Origin: Cycas panzhihuaensis
Lineage: Eukaryota > Plantae > Cycadophyta
Direction: 5' to 3'
Length of the DNA stretch: 64,000 nt
NCBI GenBank assembly: GCA_023213395.1
Contig: CM041465.1
Span: 246,581,741-246,645,740, forward strand
Of this stretch, positions 14,615 to 27,900 are shown piece after piece. The position numbers and the translations under genes are program-made. The first letter of the stretch is position 1, and each line of letters opens with the position of its first letter. Under the pieces are notes generated by a model, which did not search any database, was not told where the DNA came from, and worked only from the letters and a program-made list of their open reading frames with translations.

Positions 14615-17600
14615 TATTAGATTTTAACATCAAAAGTATTCAACTCCAATAATATTAATGAATAAAGTAAGGCTTATATTAACATAACACAAACAAAGCA
14701 CACCAGAATATTAATGTACCAAAGATTCAGCATGAGTCCCAATGATGACTTGATTTTCATATACTATCTTAACCACCTTTATATATAACATAGATGGGAG
14801 AACATATAAGAGACAGAATACATGTCGGACAATTACCTTTAACTTAACCAATGACAGTTTACTAGATAATTTACTAATAACCTTCTACCTGTCCACACAA
14901 TATTATTATAAGGTATGACCCCTAGACCTTGATACTTATTAACTTTAAGAGATACTTTACTTAAATACATATACATTAAACATTATATTCTAATACCTCC
15001 CTGTAATGTTTAATATCATAACTATAAGTATACTAACTATTATGACACCTACTTCTAAGAACTAACAATATAACTGGAATAAACTAACATATGACTTTAC
15101 TTTGAAGTGTTGTTTAAATTTCTACTACTTAAGTCTTATAACTTTTCTAAAGATGATGTCATAAGTTTTGTCTTCAATCAAAATGCTGTAAAACCTATAT
15201 GTAGTGCATGTTCTATTATCTTATACTTCCCGCTTCATGACTCCTCCTATGTGTTTTAACTATACATGTGGTCTCCTTTGATTTTTGTCTCCTAGATCAT
15301 ATGAGACAACATATAATTTCAACTCTATGAAGAGAAAAGAAACTTCCTTATTCCTCTTAAAGTCTACCAAGATGATCAACTTTTCAAGCGAATGAGTACT
15401 TCCTTGAAAGTAAAAGAGGAACAATGTTTCTTTTCTTAACTCCACCTATACATATTTAGAACCCACAAGATATTTTGTTCTTTCTATGTTATTTAATAAA
15501 TTCTATATGCCAAGTATGATGAGAATCTCCATTATGGCTATATACACATATTTTTCAATTATGACTACAAAAAAATGGAACATCACCTTAACATGTTTCA
15601 ATCTCATGGTTAAATAGCCTACCCAAAATACACAGTGATCTTAATAAATAAGATTTTGATCAAATGAAATTCTAATTATGTTCTTTCTTATTTTGAACGA
15701 ATCTTCTAAGGTCATTATAGGGTATGCCAACGTAATTTAGATTCTTTTAAAAATAAAAATGGAAAATACAACTGAGTTGAATGAAACCATAGAGAGTCTT
15801 ATGCATACAAAAATAGCCATATACACTAAAATCATTTGAACCCTAGCAATAAATCTATCAATATAGATTAAGGTAATATTACCCATACTTTCTACCAAGG
15901 CACCTACATCACCATGCTGTATCACCTATAAAAGTTGATCACTTTTGGATCTTTCAAATTCCATTATAAATATAGAGTTTCCTATTAACTTAATAAGGCT
16001 TAAATCATTTGATAAAATCAGGTCCTTAGATTGCAAATAGTGCTCATCTATCTTATTTCTAAAAATGGGTTCTTTATCTTCTTTATGAATGATATATGAA
16101 TCTATATAAAACCTAGTCTTACCAAAATTAATTTAATTTTCCCTTTTCACTTTCCTCTCCAACTCCTTTTTCTAATTCTTTGTCTTTCTGATAGCCTTCT
16201 ATACTTCTTCAGGACTATTTTCATACACTTCCCTCAATAAGTTCTATGAATCTTTAGCTAAGTCAGTGTTCTGAAGTGTATGGATAAGAAAGTGATATGA
16301 AGGAGGTAGGTTATCTTTGTTGAAAGCTACAATCATCACATCAGTAACTACTCTATTCTTTCTTCTAAAAATTTCCTCCCCTTCTTCATTAATCTCTGGG
16401 GTGCCATCATAAACAGTTCTCGATAACCCTTTAATCATAAAGATGCATTCTATTTTAATTTTCCAAATTTGAAAGTTAACTCCAACATATTTAGGCAAAA
16501 CTATGTTAGTATTTGTTACTCAAAACTCCTTTTTCTCTACTACAAAGGTAATAATCGCATTTAACTCCATATTATAGGATTAAGAATATTCCTCAAAGTT
16601 TAAGTGTCCATCTAACATAGCCAGGTCAAAGCCACTTAGTGGGGTTTGATTCCTTTCCTGTAACTCAAATATCTTTGCCAAATAACTTATCCTTCTTGCC
16701 CTATTGTCAATGAGTTAGCATTGATAACTTTAATCTAAAGTTTACCCTTACTCACATATTAATTCTTACTTACAGAACTTATATCGCCATTAGTTCATCA
16801 CCCACAAAAAGATCACATTCATAACTTAAAAGAGCCCTCATAAAAGAACAACAAGGATAATAATCTTTAACCAAACGAGAGCTTATAAGTAATTAAATCA
16901 ATACTCTACCATACCAACGGACACAACCAGCCTTATACAGTTTCATTAAATTTAATTACAAGTATGAAGAGACCAAAACACTAAGCAAGATTGTAGCCAA
17001 GTCTCTTTATAGATCAATGCTATATAGAGATGATCTTCCAAGGCAAGTATCACAGGGTTACATCTTCATCCTCACTGGTATTACCCTCAAGGATGTCCAC
17101 TATGACAGTACAGGTCCTCCTTGACAAACTTATTAAGAGTAGTAGTGGAACATTAGTAGATGACAATGGAAGTTAAAGCTTTTTTATTTAGTTCCCATGG
17201 TCATTCCCTATTGTTGCTTCTTCTTAGCATTCAGTTTGGTAGGAAGCATCTCACCGACTAGTGAAGATAGAGCAAACTCTGTACCTATAAGTTTTGTTAC
17301 ACCCTTTTTTCTTTCAAATGGATTTGGGGTCTTTTCTTAATCCTATCGAATTATAGAGAATTAGAGTTTAAGGCTTAAGTGTAGTCTATTTTCAGACTAA
17401 TCGAATTGATTTCGTGAGGAGTTTTGTTGATTTAACGTAGAGATCAAAGATGGTTCACTTCAACAATGGGTTAATAGGGCTTCTAAACTTGGTAATATTT
17501 TTTGTTATTGATTCCCATACTCAGATACAAACAACTTCAATTATATAGCCTTCTTTTTTGAAGCTTTTGGTGGATGGTAGTCACTTATGACCTGCATCAA

Positions 17601-18941
17601 TTTGTCCTCCTTATGGCAACCCAAACAACTATGTAAACACAATAATGACATGTGTAATAACTTCATCAACACAATCACATGTCTATATATTACTCTTAGA
17701 TAGGTGACTCATCCTCACTCGCCATAGGTATCACTACATTGGCTAGTGTCTTATCCTTAATATATGATAAAATCAACCTCCTCAATAGCTAAGACTCACA
17801 CACAGTTGTATCTATAAGCATGCACACAATCTCAGCTAGGATTTCCTTTTGACTAGCAATATGATTTACTTGTGCATTGGAAGAGGTGATCCATACAGCT
17901 TCACAAGTCACCCAGGATGGCATTTATTGGCATTATGCAAAAATGCAAAGCATACGAAAAGATTATTTATTTGGTCAACCAATAACTCTACTTACCACAA
18001 GAGTTATTTATGTTGTTCTCACTTCAAGAAGCACTTTGCCTTTAATTGACATACAAAAAGCTCACTTTTTTATGAATTCGATCTTATCATTCCCATCAAT
18101 AATAAACTACAAACTTCCAATCAACCATGGTAAAGTTCATTCTTGTAGGGGGAAATGGAACAATACTATGACTTGAGTATTGTACTCAACTAAGGGAAAA
18201 TCATCACTTATACACAATCTATGGTGATACTTTCATAGTTATGTTTAATAAACAAATTTTCTTTCTTCATGTCTAAATTTTAGAGAAGCAATACACTAAT
18301 TAAATCCTCAGTATTTTCTAAACCAAGTCCTTAACTATCACTATTTAACCATAGCTAATAAATTCATATATCACCAATTTTTTGCTTCATGAATTCACAC
18401 TAGACACTAATCTATGGTACGAAGTTTCCTTCACAAAGCAAGAGAATAATATTACGTAGTAAATTCTGTCAGAGCCACCTCCTTGCTTGAATACTCTATC
18501 CTTCATTAGACTTCACTTTTTTCAATCTTCTTTATATAATAGGATGACCTGCTTTAATACCATGTTAGATTTTAACACGGAAAGCATTCAACTCCAATAA
18601 TATCAATGAATAAAGCAAGGCTTGTATTAACATAACACAAATAAATTACACCAAAACATTAATGTATCATAGACTCAACATGAGTCCTAATGATTATTTG
18701 ATTTTCATTTACTATCTCAACCACCTTTATATACAATATAGATGGGAGAACATATAAGAGATGGGATACATGTGGGATAATTACCTTTAACTTAACCAAT
18801 GACATTTTACCAACTAATTTACTAATAACCTTCTAACTTTCCACATAATATTATTATAAGGTATGACCCCTAAACCTTAATACTTAGACTCTAAGACATA
18901 CGTTACTTAGACACATATACATTAAACATTATATTCTAACA
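14615..18941 (-). mobile_element. Non-autonomous LTR retrotransposon D (inserted in B's gag)
   Basis: LTRs at 14615-14995 and 18563-18941. Minus-strand PBS (GCTTTAATACCA on plus, 18551-18562), PPT-like CCTCCC from 14996, and imperfect TSD GGACA/AGACC. Confidence 0.85.
16200..16571 (-). pseudogene. gag: Gag-like ORF of element D
   Basis: ORF track 16244-16498, PKYVGVNFQIWKIKIECIFMIKGL, matches the Copia Gag N-terminal pattern. In-frame stops flank it. Confidence 0.7.
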
Positions 18942-19589
18942 AGACCTAATTAATAGAAAAGATAAAGATGTCGATGAAGCTACTCCTGCTCATTTGAATC
19001 AAGCCACACTTATTTAGAAACTACTTGAGACACACATTATTGAAAGGATGATAATGTAAGTTAATGATCACATCAAGGATGATTATAAAGATAAAGGACA
19101 ACTTCTTAAAGTTTTTCTGAAGTACAAGTATCACAAGTTTAAAGAGAAGTTAAAGATGTATGTTATGAATATTAAAGGGGAGAATGTTAAGGTTAATATT
19201 CACCACCTAATATTACATTAGGAAAATGTAAGCTGCACATGCCTTCATGGTAAGTATTATTGTATTATAAGTTGATTATTATTTATATTATTTTGAATTT
19301 AAGGTTGAGGAGAGGCTCATATCCTCCTTCTAAATATTTAATCTTTGGGCTTAAAACCCTAGTGTTCATTAACACCATCTCCATTGTAAACTTGTTACCT
19401 TGAGTAAATATGGATTGAATACATTGTATTATATGTGTATTTGTAATATCAATATGGATCAATTTACATTGTTCACTATTCAGCTCTAATCTCCATATTA
19501 CGTTCTTCATAGATGACACTATATTCACTAATGTTAGTGAAATGGCCACTTCTAGAACTATATGGGATACCTTGGAATTTGTATGCTTT

Positions 19590-22500
19590 TATTAGATAAT
19601 ATGACAATAATATTTTAGAGGCTAAAATTTTGATAGGTTGGTAGTGTGATTTTCCCCTTAAACTTCCTTGGGGGGTTTCAAGGGGGGCAGGAGCCTCCCT
19701 TAGTCAGGGGGTATGGGAGGTGATAGCCCCCAACCTCAAAAGCTGGCACTGAAAAGCATACTAAATTGTAAAGAGAATTGGCATCGTTCACTCAAAATAC
19801 CCTAGATTCTATGGTCGATATTTGTGCCTTGTATGACTCTCTCATATAGCATAATTTAGGGTGTTTTTTCATTATGTTGATGGTGTTTGATGTATTGGAT
19901 GTATTATGAAGAGTTGGATGACTAGTTGTTGTTGTTGTCAGTATTCTACTACAGATTATATACATTTCTCTATTCTTTGATAATAAAGATCGATACCTTT
20001 CTTGTGTGGATGTTTCCCTAGCGCATTATTAGGGTTTTACCACGTTATATCAAGTCTATATGTGATGTTTTACCTTTTTAATTCATTTTATTGTATTATC
20101 TCTAGTTCAAGAACTTGCATATTAAATTTTAGTTTCGATTCCTGTAACTAGTTGCAAAATAGCTTAGATCTTAATGGCGGTTTCAGGTTATTGGGACCTT
20201 GTCTTCTCAATAAGTGGTATGAGAGCCACTTTTATTTTTACAACAAGTTTGTAAAGGTTTTGGTGTCAAAGTTTTCTACACCAAATGGTAAAACTGGTGA
20301 ATGTAAAGTTTGAGGTGGAGAAATTTAATAGCAAGAATAACTTCTAGTTGTGGAAGTTGAAAGTGTATGATGTTCTAGTACAACAATGTTTATACAGAGC
20401 TCTTGCAGGCAAATCAAAGAAACTCGTAGGGATGGACGATGATGAATGGGATAATCTAGACAAAAGGGCTCTTAGCATAATATGATTGTGATTAGTAGAT
20501 GAAGTTTTATTTAACATCGTAGGGGAGCAGATAACAGCAGGATTATAAACCCAATTGCAAGGCTTATATATGATCAAATCAGTGACAAATTGAATCTACT
20601 TAAAGAGGTAATTATACTTATTATGAATGAAGGAAGGTACAAAAATTACTGATCATTTAAATATTTTTAATACTTTTATTTTTCAGTTGGCAAGTATCAA
20701 TGTCACGATTGAGGATGATGACAAGGTTGTTACCTTGTTATGTTCATTACCAGCATCTTAGGATAATATTATCACCTCAATTAGTTTTAGCACTATAAAT
20801 GAATTAGACTATGATTCTGTTATGAATGCTTTACTGATGGAAGAAGTGAGGAGGAAGTCTAGTCTTTAAATGTCCACACCAGAAGCTATGATAGCAAGAG
20901 GTAGAACAATTGAGAGAGAACAAATTTGCAGGGACACATCAAGGTCAAAGTCAAAAGGCATGAAGAGTAAGCTCAGATGTTGGCACTCCAATAAGACAGG
21001 TCACCTTAAGAAGGATTTCTACAAAAGGAAGGAGTTCTAGAAAAAAGAAGATCCTGCCAAGGAGGCTAATCAGGTGGAGTTAAATTAAGGTACGGATGAT
21101 GATGTCTTGGTTGCTTATAATGTTTTCCATTATCATCATGATTGGTTATTAGATTCAAGTGCTTCACACCACATGTGTCTACACAAGAGTTGGTTTTTAT
21201 CATACCAACCTCTTGATGGTGGTGATGTGCTTATAAGAAATGAAGTTTCTTGTAAGACAGTGAGCATTGCTAGCATCAGAATTAAAATGTTTAATAGTGT
21301 AGTGAGAACATTAACTCAAGTTAGACATATACCTGATATAAAAAGGAATATGATTTCCTTGGGTGAACTAAATTCTAGTGGTTATAAGTACATAGGTCAT
21401 GAAGAAGTCTTAAAGGTATTAAAGGGTGTCTTGGTTGTTATGAAAGCCTTAAAGAAAGGAAACCTTTATATTTTAGTGGGAAGTATAGATGTCAACCATG
21501 CAGCTACAACATCAAAGACTGTAAAAGATCTAGCTCAATTATGACATTAGAGACTTGGGCACATGAGTAGGAGAGGACTTAAGGTGTTGATGAACCATAA
21601 GTTACTTCCTAACTTATAACTTTCATATTTGGCTTTTTGCAAATATTGTATTTTTGGAAAGTATGATAGACTTAAGTTTAAAGTAAGGAGTCACACTAAT
21701 AAAGGTGTTCTAGATTACGTACATTCAGATGTGTGGGGACCAGCCCCTACAATATCATATGGAGGATCATTGTACTTTGTCACATTTATAGATGATTACT
21801 CCAAAAAGGTATGGGTCTATTTTTTGAAAATAAAATCTAACATTTTCAGTGTGTTTAAGTAGTTCAAGGCTCTAGTTGAGAAGAGTACTGGCAAGTCAAT
21901 CAAATGTTTAAGAATTGACAATGGAGGTGAGTTCAACTCCTTGGAGTTTGAGAACTATTACAGAGAAGTTAGAATCGAAAGGCATAAGACCACTAGCTAT
22001 ACTCTGTAATAGAATGGCATAGTTGAGTGCATGAATAGGACACTCTTAAAAAGAGAAAGAAGTATGCTAAGTAATATAGGAGTGGAGTAGGGATTATGGG
22101 TAGAAGTTATTCAAACAACTTGTTATTTGGTAAATAAGTCACCATCACTTGTAATAGATTGCAAGATTCCTGAAGAGGTATAAACTAGACATCCATGTGA
22201 CTATTTAAATTTGAAAATTTGTTGTTCTAATGCTTATGCCTTGACTGATAAAAGTCAATATTCAAAGTTAGACCCAAAATCTAAGAGATGTATCTTTCTT
22301 GGTTATGGTGATAGAGATGGTGTGAAGGGATATAGGTTGTGGGATCCTACTGCTCAAAAAATCACTATTAACAGAGATGTTATATTTGATGGATCTCCTT
22401 TTCTAAAATTAGATAGCGTAGAAGTTGAAGTGAAACAGGAGTAGAAAGTTGAACATTAATAGGTTAAGCTTGAGACTTAGCCATCTTTGGAAATAAAAGA

Positions 22501-24921
22501 GCAGGAAGATCTTTCTGAAGATGAATTTATAGCAGATTTATAGGAGTGTGTGGACACTCCTCCACCAACTGTTAGAAGATCTACCTGAGTTAGTCATCCA
22601 CCTAACAAGTATAGCCCTTTTATGTTTATTACTTTAGTTTCTAATGATGGTGAGTCTATATGCTATCAGGAAGTAATAGATAATATCCATAGTGAGAAGC
22701 GGAAGAGGGTTATGCAGGAAGAGATAAATGCTTTGAGAAAAAATAATTCATAGGACTTGGTAGAACTTCCATATGGTAGGAAGATTATTGGTTACAGGTG
22801 GATTTTCAAGAAGAAAATAGATGTTGATGGAAAGGTTGATAAATACAGAGTAAGACTAGTGGCTAAAGGCTTTGCACAGAAAGCAGGTATTGACTTTCAT
22901 GAGATCTTTTCACCAATTATCAAACTTATTTCAATTTGAGTTCTATTAGCATTGGTAGCTTCTCTTGATTTGGAGTTAGAGTAATTAGATATAAAAATAG
23001 CGCCTTCTACATGGAGATTTAGATAAGGAGATCTATATGGATTAGCCAAAAGGGTTTGTATAGGATAGCAGGAAAATATTTATTTACAAGCACAGGAAAT
23101 TATTGTATGGCCTGAAACAATCACCCAAGCAATGGTACAAGAAGTTTGATGCCTTCATGGAGAGCTAAAATTTTAAAAGAAGTGAGTATGATCATTGTGT
23201 TTACTTTAAATTCTTAGATAATGACTTATTCATTATCTTGGTATTGTATGTTGATGACATGTTAGTTGCAAGCAAGAGCATGGCAGAAATCAATAAGTTA
23301 AAGGCCTAATTAGCTAGGACTTTTGATATGAAGGATCTAGGAGTTGCAAAATAAATCTTAGGTATGGAGATACATAGAGACAAGAAAAATGGTAAACTAT
23401 GGTTATTACAGCAAAAATATATGGACAATGTGCTAACCAAGTTTGGTATGGCAAATGTAAAACTAGTGAGTATCATGTTGGCTTCCCATTTCAAGCTTTC
23501 TTCAAGTATGAGTCCTAGTAATAAAGAAGAAAAGGATTATATATCTCGTGTACCTTATGCCAGTGCAATAAGAAGTTTGATGTATGTCATGGGATGTATA
23601 AGACCTGACATCTCACATGCAGTCAATGTAGTTAACAGGTTTATGGTAAATCTAGGAAAGGAACATTAAGTAGCAGTGAAATGAGTGCTTTTATATTTGA
23701 GAGGTACAAGTGACTATTGCATCACCTTTAGAGGTACAAGTAATTAGGTTTGTGGATATGTCGATTCATATTTAGTAGAAGATTTAGATAAGAGAAGGTT
23801 TACTTAAGGTTATGTATTTACTCTTACAAATGGTCCAGTTAGTTGGATGTCAAAATTGTAGAGTACAATTATATTATCGATTACAAAAGTTGAATATATT
23901 ACTACAACACGTACTTGTAAAGAAGCAATCTTGTTGCAGGGTCTATTAGTTGAGCTTAGAAGAAAATAGGAAAATGTAAAGGTATTTTATGATAGTTAAA
24001 ACGTAATTTACTTAGCAAAGAATCTAGCTTATCATAGTAGGATAAAGCATATTACTCTTAAGTACTATTTTGTTAGATAGGTTATGGAAGCAGGTGGAGT
24101 GGCGCTTGAGAAGGTTAACACAAAATAGAATTGTATTGATATGTTCACAAAACCAATATTATTAGAGAAGTTCAAATGGTGTTTGACTTCTCTTGGCTTG
24201 TAGAAAAGGTGATGAATGGTCCAGGAAATGTATCAGGTAAATTGTTGTCAAGGTAGAGATTATTAGATAATATGGCAACAATATTTTGGAGGCTAAAATT
24301 TCGACAGGTTGGCAGTGCAGTTTTCCCCCCAAACTTCCTCAGGGGGTTCCAAGAGGGGCAGAAGCCCCCCTTAGCTAGGGGGTATGGAGGGGCACCAAAA
24401 CCCTCGCCACAAAGAGAGGCTTCAGGGGGTGATAGCCCCCAACCCAAAAAACTAGCACTGAAAAGCATACTAAATTATAAAGAGAATCGGAGTTATTCCC
24501 TCAAAATAACCTAGATTCTATAGTCAAGATTTGTGTTTTATATGATTCTCTCATATAGCCCAATTTAGGGTGTTTTTTTATTATGTTAATGGTGTTTGAT
24601 ATATTGGATGTACTATGAAGAGTTAGGTGGATGATTATTATTACTGTGAGCATTCTACTACAGATTATGTATATTTCTCTATTCTTTTATAATAAAGATC
24701 GATACCTTTCCTATGTGGATGTTTCCCTAGCATACTATTAGGGTTTTACCATGTTATATCGGGTGTATATGTGATGTTTTGGCTTTCTAATTTATTTTAT
24801 TGTATTATCTATGGTTTAAGAACTTGTATGTTAAATTTTACTTTCAATTTTTGTAACTAATTGCAAAATAGTTTAGATCTTGGTGGCAATTTTAGGTTAT
24901 TGGGACCTTGTCTTCTCAATA
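19590..24921 (+). mobile_element. Full-length decayed Ty1/Copia retrotransposon C (Tnt1-like), inserted in A's gag
   Basis: LTRs at 19590-20212 and 24261-24921, perfect TSD GCTTT (19585-19589 / 24922-24926), PBS TGGTATGAGAGCC at 20215-20227, and a purine tract before the 3' LTR. Confidence 0.95.
20285..24212 (+). pseudogene. gag-pol: gag-pol pseudogene of element C
   Basis: Domains in Copia order: Gag KFEVEKFNSKNNF, protease WLLDSSASHHM, integrase VHSDVWGP..FIDDYS and SKLDPKSKRCIFLGY, RT RLVAKGFAQ and LYVDDML, RNase H. Many in-frame stops. Confidence 0.95.
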
Positions 24922-27900
24922 GCTTTTCATGTGACACAAAAGTTAGAGTTGGTGAACATTGTTGAATTGGCTAATATTGCATGTACTACTATAGATTCCA
25001 ATAAAATTAATGATTGAATTATTGTAGTTGATGAGGTTGTGTATACCTTTGACTTAATTGACTCCCATAAGGTAAAAGATCAAGAAGATAAATATCTTAA
25101 ACCACACATTATTAAAGAAGACTACATCGCAAGAACAATAATTTAGGTTGATGATGATTTCAAGGATGGTGACAAAGTTAAAAGACATATGTTTAATCTC
25201 TTTCTCAAAGTTTTCCTAAAGTATAAGTACTATAAATTCAAAGAAAAGTTAAAGATGTATATAATGAGCATTATAGGGGAGAATGTCAGGTTAATATTCA
25301 TCACCTAATGTTTGCATTGGGAATGTGCATGCCACGAGAGTGGTTATGGAAAGTTTATTTTAATGTTTTGTTTATTTTTTATATTTCTTTAAATTAAGGT
25401 TGAGGCGGGCTCCCGCCTGCCTTCTGAACTTAAATTCTAGGTCTTAAAACCTTAGTGTTTATCAACACCACCAACATATTGTAAGTTTGTTAATGTTTTT
25501 AAGAAGGATTGAAAATGAATTGATAATGGTTCTCAATATGGCTTAAATAATTGTTTGCACCTACTCCACTCTTGTCTCCATTATTCTTCACATATTATCT
25601 AACAATATGTGGTCTATTTAGGCCATAGGAAAGTATCACACTCTACTTTAGGATCTTCTTTGTATTTTATAGGGTTTATCAATTTACACATATATATGCT
25701 CACTCTACTTCCTATCTAAGTTTTATTATTCTCAAAATGTTTTACCTTAATGATAATAGAACTCTTTATTAATGCCATTTAGAATTGTGAGATAATATTT
25801 GTCAGGTTTAAGAATTAATAGCTCTCATGAAGTTTACTTTTTCCTTGTTACATGGAATAAAATTTATTTTTCTTTATCATATTATTTAAACTAATGGAAT
25901 CTTAACATGATCTAAGCTCCTTTTAACTTTTTACTTTCATTGAACTTTTAAGCACACATAAGCTTTATAGATTACTTCTAAAGAGTTCTATTAAAGGGAA
26001 TATCCTTAAGGACTTCTCTTATTTTGGTTTATTCCCTAATAACTGCTTTTTCTATTTTTGTTATATCACATTAACATGTTTGCCAACTTCTAAATGAAAT
26101 CAATTTCTTTTCTTTCTTTCTTTCTTTTTTTTAACAAAATGATTATTTTATTAAATAGGAAATACTATAACTAATATATTATAATAAAAAAGAGAGGTAA
26201 GAGTGTCATCCCCACCATTCCTTGAATGAATATAAAATATTAAAAACCCATTACAAGGTGATTATAGAATTATGGAAGACCAAATAAGAAGAAATTAGGA
26301 TTTCACCTAGCCACCTTTAAACGGAGGATAAGAGCTTCCTCAACCATCCTCACCCTTATCAGGAGAGTCCTCACATAGTTTCCACCTTTTATATATAGTG
26401 GTATTAATGGTAATTAACATGACCAATTAGATGGATTTCTCCAAGGCTCTTAGGTTAGTTAACCAAGAGCACTAGTGGTTTAGTTACTACATAAAGAGGT
26501 GGTTATATCTTTACTTACTCTAACCCTTGGATTAGTTATACTAGGCATTAGAGAGCATTATCCTATTTGTTAAGGACTTATGATATGGCATAGGAGGTCG
26601 ATCCATAGTGTTCAATAAGCTTAGGCAAGTGGCTTAACTCTACCTAGACCTTCTATGCTTAGGTGCTTATTTGCAACATATACAATTGAAGCATTATTGG
26701 GAAAATCTCTATCGAAAGGTGTTAGTGAATTCTTTATCTTGAAAAAATATATTGTTATAAAATTTACATGTGGCATAAAGGACTTCTAATCTTAAGAGCA
26801 CCCAAATTAACAGTAGGAAAATAGGGATGTATTTTATATGATAAAAAATAACCATAATCCACTTAAGAGGCTTTGAGGTGATTAAGGATTAGAGCCTACT
26901 AATTAAGCTCCAAGTAGATTAGGCAAATGTACATCACCAAAATAAGTGGATCAATGTCTCTTTTTAGGGATAGAAGGTACATGTCACATTAATATGACCC
27001 ATTTTAGAGAGTTGGTCTTTGATTACTAACCCCTCGTGAATAAGGGACCAACTAAAGAATTACCTTTTTGTTCCATTGGGGTAGGCCAAAGTCTCTCAAA
27101 TAGTTTCCTCCATGCTATCTTATTGTAATGAAATCTCTCTATGGCATTTAACTTAACAACCATCCTATCTCACTATGTGAGATGGTAGTATATATATGAC
27201 GCTATAAATCTCTTAAAAGGTTTAGAGTGGTTCTAAGACCAGTTACTCTACCATTTATCACTACCTAATATGGCTTAATTTAGGATTAATTTAACTAGGT
27301 GTCAACTATAGATTTCCTCTATGATGTGTCTATCAAAGCTTTTAAGATTAAATCCTTACTTGACATTTTGTTATTCCTTCCACCATGGTTCAACCTTATT
27401 AAATAACTGACCCACTTTAGTAAATCTTTTTTATTAATATAGCTTAGTCACTTTAAATCAATGGATTTAGCCCAAGCATTTGTTATCTTATTTAATAGTA
27501 GTGATAACAATCCCCTTCGTGGCTCATTTTCCCTCTACCTTAGTAAGCCCTTATAGTTTTCCCATCCTATCTAAATGGATTTAAATAGGGGTGATCATGA
27601 CACCATAACTTATACATGTGTAATTAGTGCATCTTTTGTGGATAATGAAAAGTTGTGCTTACTATATAGGATTGCTTGCGTCATGCTATATTTGACAAAA
27701 AATTTCTAAGGTTCATTATTATCCACAACTTTAATAAATCATGTAGCACAAAGTGCTAAACTTTAAAGTTTAATATTAATAAGGCGCAAGCCTCCTTAAT
27801 GTTTAAGCTTATAATAGGTCTATTAATTAACCCTATAAAAATAACCTCTCTCCTTCAAGGTTTGACAAAAGATAAACTCTGAGCATCCCAATAAGCTTAT

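Larger units (their letters stand above)
14185..19184 (+). pseudogene. gag: Split gag-like ORF of element B (14185-14614, 18947-19184)
   Basis: IFNGNDFQ*WSEIIK...KDNETLALIFYALDDNIFSNISKLTTSKSVWDTL. The 3' piece is KVFLKYKYHKFKEKLKMYVMNIKGE. Confidence 0.75.
9230..19509 (+). mobile_element. Non-autonomous LTR retrotransposon B (related to A; inserted in A's gag; hosts D)
   Basis: LTRs at 9230-9552 and 19185-19509, perfect TSD TAGAT (9225-9229 / 19510-19514), degenerate PBS TGTTATCAGAGC after the 5' LTR, and PPT AAGGGGAGAA. Confidence 0.9.
9001..25283 (+). pseudogene. gag: Split gag-like ORF of element A (pieces 9001-9229, 19515-19589, 24927-25283)
   Basis: The reading IFNGAKFSL*...KDNEPLALIFCTID | DTIFTNVSEMATSRTIWDTL continues exactly across the B insertion. 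The 3' piece ends in FLKVFLKYKYYKFKEKLKM. Confidence 0.75.
6218..25590 (+). mobile_element. Non-autonomous LTR retrotransposon A (~3.75 kb of its own sequence; hosts B and C)
   Basis: LTRs at 6218-6511 and 25284-25590, perfect TSD CATAT (6213-6217 / 25591-25595), PBS TGGTATCAGAGCC at 6514-6526, and PPT AGGGGAGAA before the 3' LTR. No PR, IN or RT motifs were seen. Confidence 0.9.

Noticed and set aside
24172-24514. ORFs overlapping the 3' LTR of C, and similar ORFs in the F LTRs and solo LTR
   Set aside because: Incidental frames in LTR sequence that are not preserved in the partner LTR.
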